Below are positions 61,226-64,000 of a DNA stretch of 64,000 bases, piece by piece (the first letter of the stretch is position 1; each line of letters starts with the position of its first letter). The stretch lies in NCBI GenBank assembly GCA_016783355.1, contig JADHWR010000001.1, positions 6,072-70,071 of the forward strand, in the 5' to 3' direction. The notes beneath the pieces are model-generated. The model was not told the origin of the DNA. It did not search any database and saw only the letters and a program-made list of their open reading frames with translations. Made by a program: the position numbers and the translations under genes. Source of the DNA: Candidatus Omnitrophota bacterium. GTDB lineage: Bacteria > Omnitrophota > Gorgyraeia > Gygaellales > JAHJCI01.

Positions 61226-62358
61226 TTCAAGAATACCTCCTGACTAGCCTTTAAGCCAACACCTAATTCAAATTTATAACCCATCTGATTCAATACTTTC
61301 TCAAGACAAGCAATACAGACAATTAGATCGAATTCATCAATATAGCCCATATGGGCAATGCGAATAATCTTACCTTTCAATTGCGCCTGACCTCCGGCAA
61401 TGACCACGCCATAGGCATCGCGCATCGTCTTTACCAGTTTCTGCCCGTCAATACCCACAGGAACACAGATTGCTGTAACTGCATCAGAGGGAGCAGTTGA
61501 TGCAAAGAGCTCCAATCCCAATGCCCTCGCTGCAGCTCGGCTCGCCTGCGCCATTCTCTTATGACGCTGAAAGATATTTTCCAAGCCCTCTTCCTTGAGC
61601 ATCTTTAGTGCTTCATTCAAGGCAACAATCAAAGATATCGCCGAAGTAAATGGTGTATCAGTCTTATCGAGGGCTTTTTTTGCCTGCTTTAAGTCAAAAT
61701 AATACTTGGGAGATTTTGCTTGCTCAATCAATTTCCAGGCTTTAGCACTTACAGAGAGAAAAGCAAGTCCTGGGGCAACCATCAAGCCCTTCTGTGAACC
61801 GGCAACTACTACATCTACACCCCACCTATCAGTCTGCAAATCAACTGCACCTAAACCACTGATTGCATCAACTACTAATACAGCGCCGCTTTCCCTGACA
61901 ATTTTGCCAATTGTTTCGATATCATTAACCACCCCTGTAGAAGTTTCGCAAAGCGTTGTAAATACTGCTTTGATTCTCGATTCTCGATCAATTCTCGATT
62001 TTATTTCCTTCGGCTCCACTGCCTTACCCCACTCAACCTTGATCACCTCACAGTTTACTCCGAAACTTCGACAGATTTCTGTCCAGCGCTGGCCAAATTT
62101 TCCACCCTCAATTGTGACCACCGTATCTCCTGACGAAAGTAAATTACAGACTGCCGCCTCCATTGCACCTGTCCCGGAAGAAGCAAAGATAAATACATCA
62201 TTTTTTGTCTGAAAAATATATCTTAAATCCTCCTCTACTTCTTTCAAAACTGCCTGAAATTGTGGCGTGCGATGGTGAATTATTGGACGCGCTGCAGCTG
62301 CCATTACCTGTGGCGGTAAAGGCGTTGGCCCTGGTGTCAATAAATAACTTTTCTTCAT
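61222..62358 (-). CDS. Class V aminotransferase, possibly a phosphoserine or serine-glyoxylate aminotransferase
   Basis: A 378 aa PLP fold-type I class V enzyme ([10 protein letters not shown]...) whose start overlaps the serA stop by 4 nt (ATGA), immediately downstream. Confidence 0.7.
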   Translation of the reverse strand: MKKSYLLTPGPTPLPPQVMAAAARPIIHHRTPQFQAVLKEVEEDLRYIFQTKNDVFIFASSGTGAMEAAVCNLLSSGDTVVTIEGGKFGQRWTEICRSFGVNCEVIKVEWGKAVEPKEIKSRIDRESRIKAVFTTLCETSTGVVNDIETIGKIVRESGAVLVVDAISGLGAVDLQTDRWGVDVVVAGSQKGLMVAPGLAFLSVSAKAWKLIEQAKSPKYYFDLKQAKKALDKTDTPFTSAISLIVALNEALKMLKEEGLENIFQRHKRMAQASRAAARALGLELFASTAPSDAVTAICVPVGIDGQKLVKTMRDAYGVVIAGGQAQLKGKIIRIAHMGYIDEFDLIVCIACLEKVLNQMGYKFELGVGLKASQEVFLK

Positions 62359-62972
62359 GGATTATCTCCTTGTTCCTTAGTGATAATCACCTGATCAACC
62401 AATCCATATTCTTTTGCCTCTTGCGCAGACATAAAATAATCGCGGTCTAAATCCTTTTGAATCTTCTCTATTGGCTGTTTGGTATGTATTGAAAATATCT
62501 TATTTATGCGGTCACGCAACTTCAAAATCTCCTTTGCATGTCGTGAAATATCCTCTGCCGCGCCCTGAATTCCTCCCCACGGTTGATGAATCATCACCCT
62601 CGAATTGGGTAAAACAAGGCGCTTGCCCTTTGTTCCCGCACATAAAAGCAAAGCCGCCATACTTGCTGCCTGGCCAACACAATAAGTAGCGACATCAGGT
62701 TTGACAAACTGCATTGTATCATATATAGCTAAGCCTGCTGTAACAGAACCACCTGGACAATTTATATAGATACTTATCTCTTTATTTACATTTTCCATTT
62801 GCAAGAAAAGCATCTGAGCAATAACAAGGTTAGCAATATTATCATCAATTGGTGAGCCAATAAAAATGATGCGGTCCTTAAGAAGCCGTGAGTAGATATC
62901 ATAAGCGCGTTCATAACCACGGGCTGTCTGTTCAATCACCATGGGAACCAAGGTTTGATTTTTTATCTGCAT
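62355..62972 (-). CDS. clpP: ATP-dependent Clp protease proteolytic subunit
   Basis: A 205 aa ORF with the catalytic Ser context GQAASMAA and the His/Asp region. Confidence 0.93.
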   Translation of the reverse strand: MQIKNQTLVPMVIEQTARGYERAYDIYSRLLKDRIIFIGSPIDDNIANLVIAQMLFLQMENVNKEISIYINCPGGSVTAGLAIYDTMQFVKPDVATYCVGQAASMAALLLCAGTKGKRLVLPNSRVMIHQPWGGIQGAAEDISRHAKEILKLRDRINKIFSIHTKQPIEKIQKDLDRDYFMSAQEAKEYGLVDQVIITKEQGDNP

Positions 62973-62983
62973 TGTGACCTCCT

Positions 62984-63085
62984 CAATGAGTCCGCCAAAG
63001 TTCGTTGGCGGACGAATTGATCCCGCCGAATGCTCTAAAATTATCCCCTGCGGGGAGAATTTTAGAGCAGCTTATGAGGCGGGAT
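62984..63085 (-). ncRNA. Structured leader repeat, copy 3 of 3, directly upstream of the clpP ribosome-binding site. A TATAAT box sits just upstream on the minus strand
   Basis: It matches copy 2 but carries an extra apical CCCCTGCGGGG hairpin. On the minus strand, TATAAT lies about 7 nt before the element's 5' end. Confidence 0.6.
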
Positions 63086-63116
63086 ATACATTATTATAGT
63101 AATCTCTTAAAACTAA

Positions 63117-63189
63117 AGCGGGAGACGGGCTTCGAACCCGCGACATTCACGTTGGCAACGTGATGCTCTACCAACTGAGCTACTCCCGC
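63117..63189 (-). tRNA. tRNA-Gly (anticodon GCC)
   Basis: Cloverleaf GCGGGAGTAGCTCAGTTGGTAGAGCATCACGTTGCCAACGTGAATGTCGCGGGTTCGAAGCCCGTCTCCCGCT. Confidence 0.85.
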
Positions 63190-63216
63190 ATTCCTTTTCG
63201 CAACCTCTCCTTCTAT

Positions 63217-63302
63217 TGCCGCGGGAGAGACTCGAACTCTCAAGTCTTTGTCAGACATTAGGTCCTAAGCCTAACGCGTATACCAAATTCCGCCACCGCG
63301 GC
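63217..63302 (-). tRNA. tRNA-Leu (anticodon TAG), a class II tRNA with a long variable arm
   Basis: An 86 nt sequence, GCCGCGGTGGCGGAATTTGGTATACGCGTTAGGCTTAGGACCTAA...GAGTTCGAGTCTCTCCCGCGGCA, with anticodon loop CTTAGGA. Confidence 0.8.
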
Positions 63303-63331
63303 CAAAACCCCATCAGCAAAAACAAGTTCAC

Positions 63332-63730
63332 TGAGCCACCCGCGACTCGAACGCGGCACACCCGCCTTAAACATTTTTGTTAACTGTATGTCGCCATACA
63401 GATCAGACTATCCCATCCCCCTCACGCTTATCCTTAAAAAAGAAAGCGATGGGGGTCTCGATTATAGTCGTTGAACCTTCCCAGTACTTATTTGCTAAGA
63501 TAATTTCTGATTCAAATAAATGCCGGGCTTGGCTGCAGATTGTCTGCATTTAAGAATTTTTACCCCCGCCACAATACTTTGGCGGGTCGCCAATGCTTTG
63601 TGGCGACAGACATAAAGGGTATCTTAAAATACTCAGACTTTCCCGCAATTTACGAGATTCTCACTATTGATTTCTCAATAATGGCCCCTTTTTCGCGAGG
63701 GCGGTGCTCTACCAGATGAGCTAGTGGCCC
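63332..63730 (-). tRNA. Split tRNA gene (73 nt mature, anticodon inferred UUU, so Lys) interrupted in the anticodon loop by a 326 nt group I intron
   Basis: Exon 1 (63698-63730) is GGGCCACTAGCTCATCTGGTAGAGCACCGCCCT. Exon 2 (63332-63371) is TTTAAGGCGGGTGTGCCGCGTTCGAGTCGCGGGTGGCTCA. The two halves form a complete cloverleaf with a GGGCCAC/GTGGCTC acceptor and a CCGCC/GGCGG anticodon stem. Confidence 0.7.
63372..63697 (-). ncRNA. Group I intron within the tRNA-Lys(UUU) anticodon loop
   Basis: The 5' exon ends in U and the intron ends in G. Intron segments resemble the Tetrahymena P4 (AAAUUGCGGGAAAG), P6 (GCAGCCAAG) and P7 (ACGACUAUAAUCG...GAUAGUCUGAUC) regions. Its P5 region contains a copy of the rimP-nusA double-hairpin repeat. 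Confidence 0.7.
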
Positions 63731-64000
63731 ATTTCTATCTTAAATTTGTAATTATTGCCAAAGAACAAAATCTATATCTATTTCTGATAAGATTTTAATA
63801 ATAAATCTAAGATTTTTCTCTTTGAAATTTTTCTTTTCCAAATTCCATTCTTTCTGCTCGCATTTATATAAATTCTAGGCGAAAAATTTATCTCTTTAGC
63901 AAATCTTAATAAGTTTTCCCTTTTGGAGATTTCTATCTCAGTGCCCCTTTTATTAATTCTGCTCTTTATACCAAAACCATTTAATAAATCTTTTATCTGT

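Noticed and set aside
63303-63480. Possible tmRNA or other structured RNA 3' of tRNA-Leu
   Set aside because: The tRNA-like 3' end (T-arm plus GTGGCTCA) pairs with a 5' half located 326 nt away at 63698-63730. A split tRNA with a group I intron explains the region better than tmRNA; there is no GGGG...CCACCA tmRNA acceptor.

Overview
This 64 kb window is a dense block of housekeeping genes from a low-GC bacterium, and every confidently called gene is on the minus strand. From low to high coordinate it holds the str/S10/rif ribosomal-protein and RNA-polymerase region, tryptophan-synthesis genes, a release-factor and Rho block, folate one-carbon genes, translation-factor and isoprenoid/lipid-carrier genes, then glycogen, purine and serine genes. 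A tRNA cluster ends the window. rpoB and rpoC form one continuous 2466-codon ORF. The gene set (fhs-fchA-folD-metF plus pta-ackA, glgA plus GH57) suggests an anaerobe with a Wood-Ljungdahl methyl branch. The most unusual layer is repetitive DNA. (1) A palindromic element family has termini CCCCGTTCGAA...TTCGAACGGGG. It occurs as 29-68 bp miniature copies inserted in frame in coaE, polA, infB, tgt, trmD and a DJ-1/PfpI gene. A 279 bp copy flanked by TAAA contains a complete small GIY-YIG nuclease gene, which makes it a candidate autonomous element; an adjacent 126 bp copy sits at the TPR gene start. (2) A second palindromic family (core CCTGAGCTTGTCGAAGGG, translating to PFDKLRV / SLDFARDKL) also lies in frame in polA, forms a tandem array upstream of polA, and supplies the uppS C-terminus. 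(3) A roughly 100 nt structured repeat sits just upstream of the ribosome-binding sites of rplL, an OmpA-like gene and clpP, and its inner stem shows compensatory base changes between copies. (4) A 57 bp double-hairpin unit is tandemly repeated between rimP and nusA. The same unit recurs inside a 326 nt group I intron that splits a tRNA(UUU) gene at the end of the window. Everything here comes from reading the sequence; no database search or computation was run.
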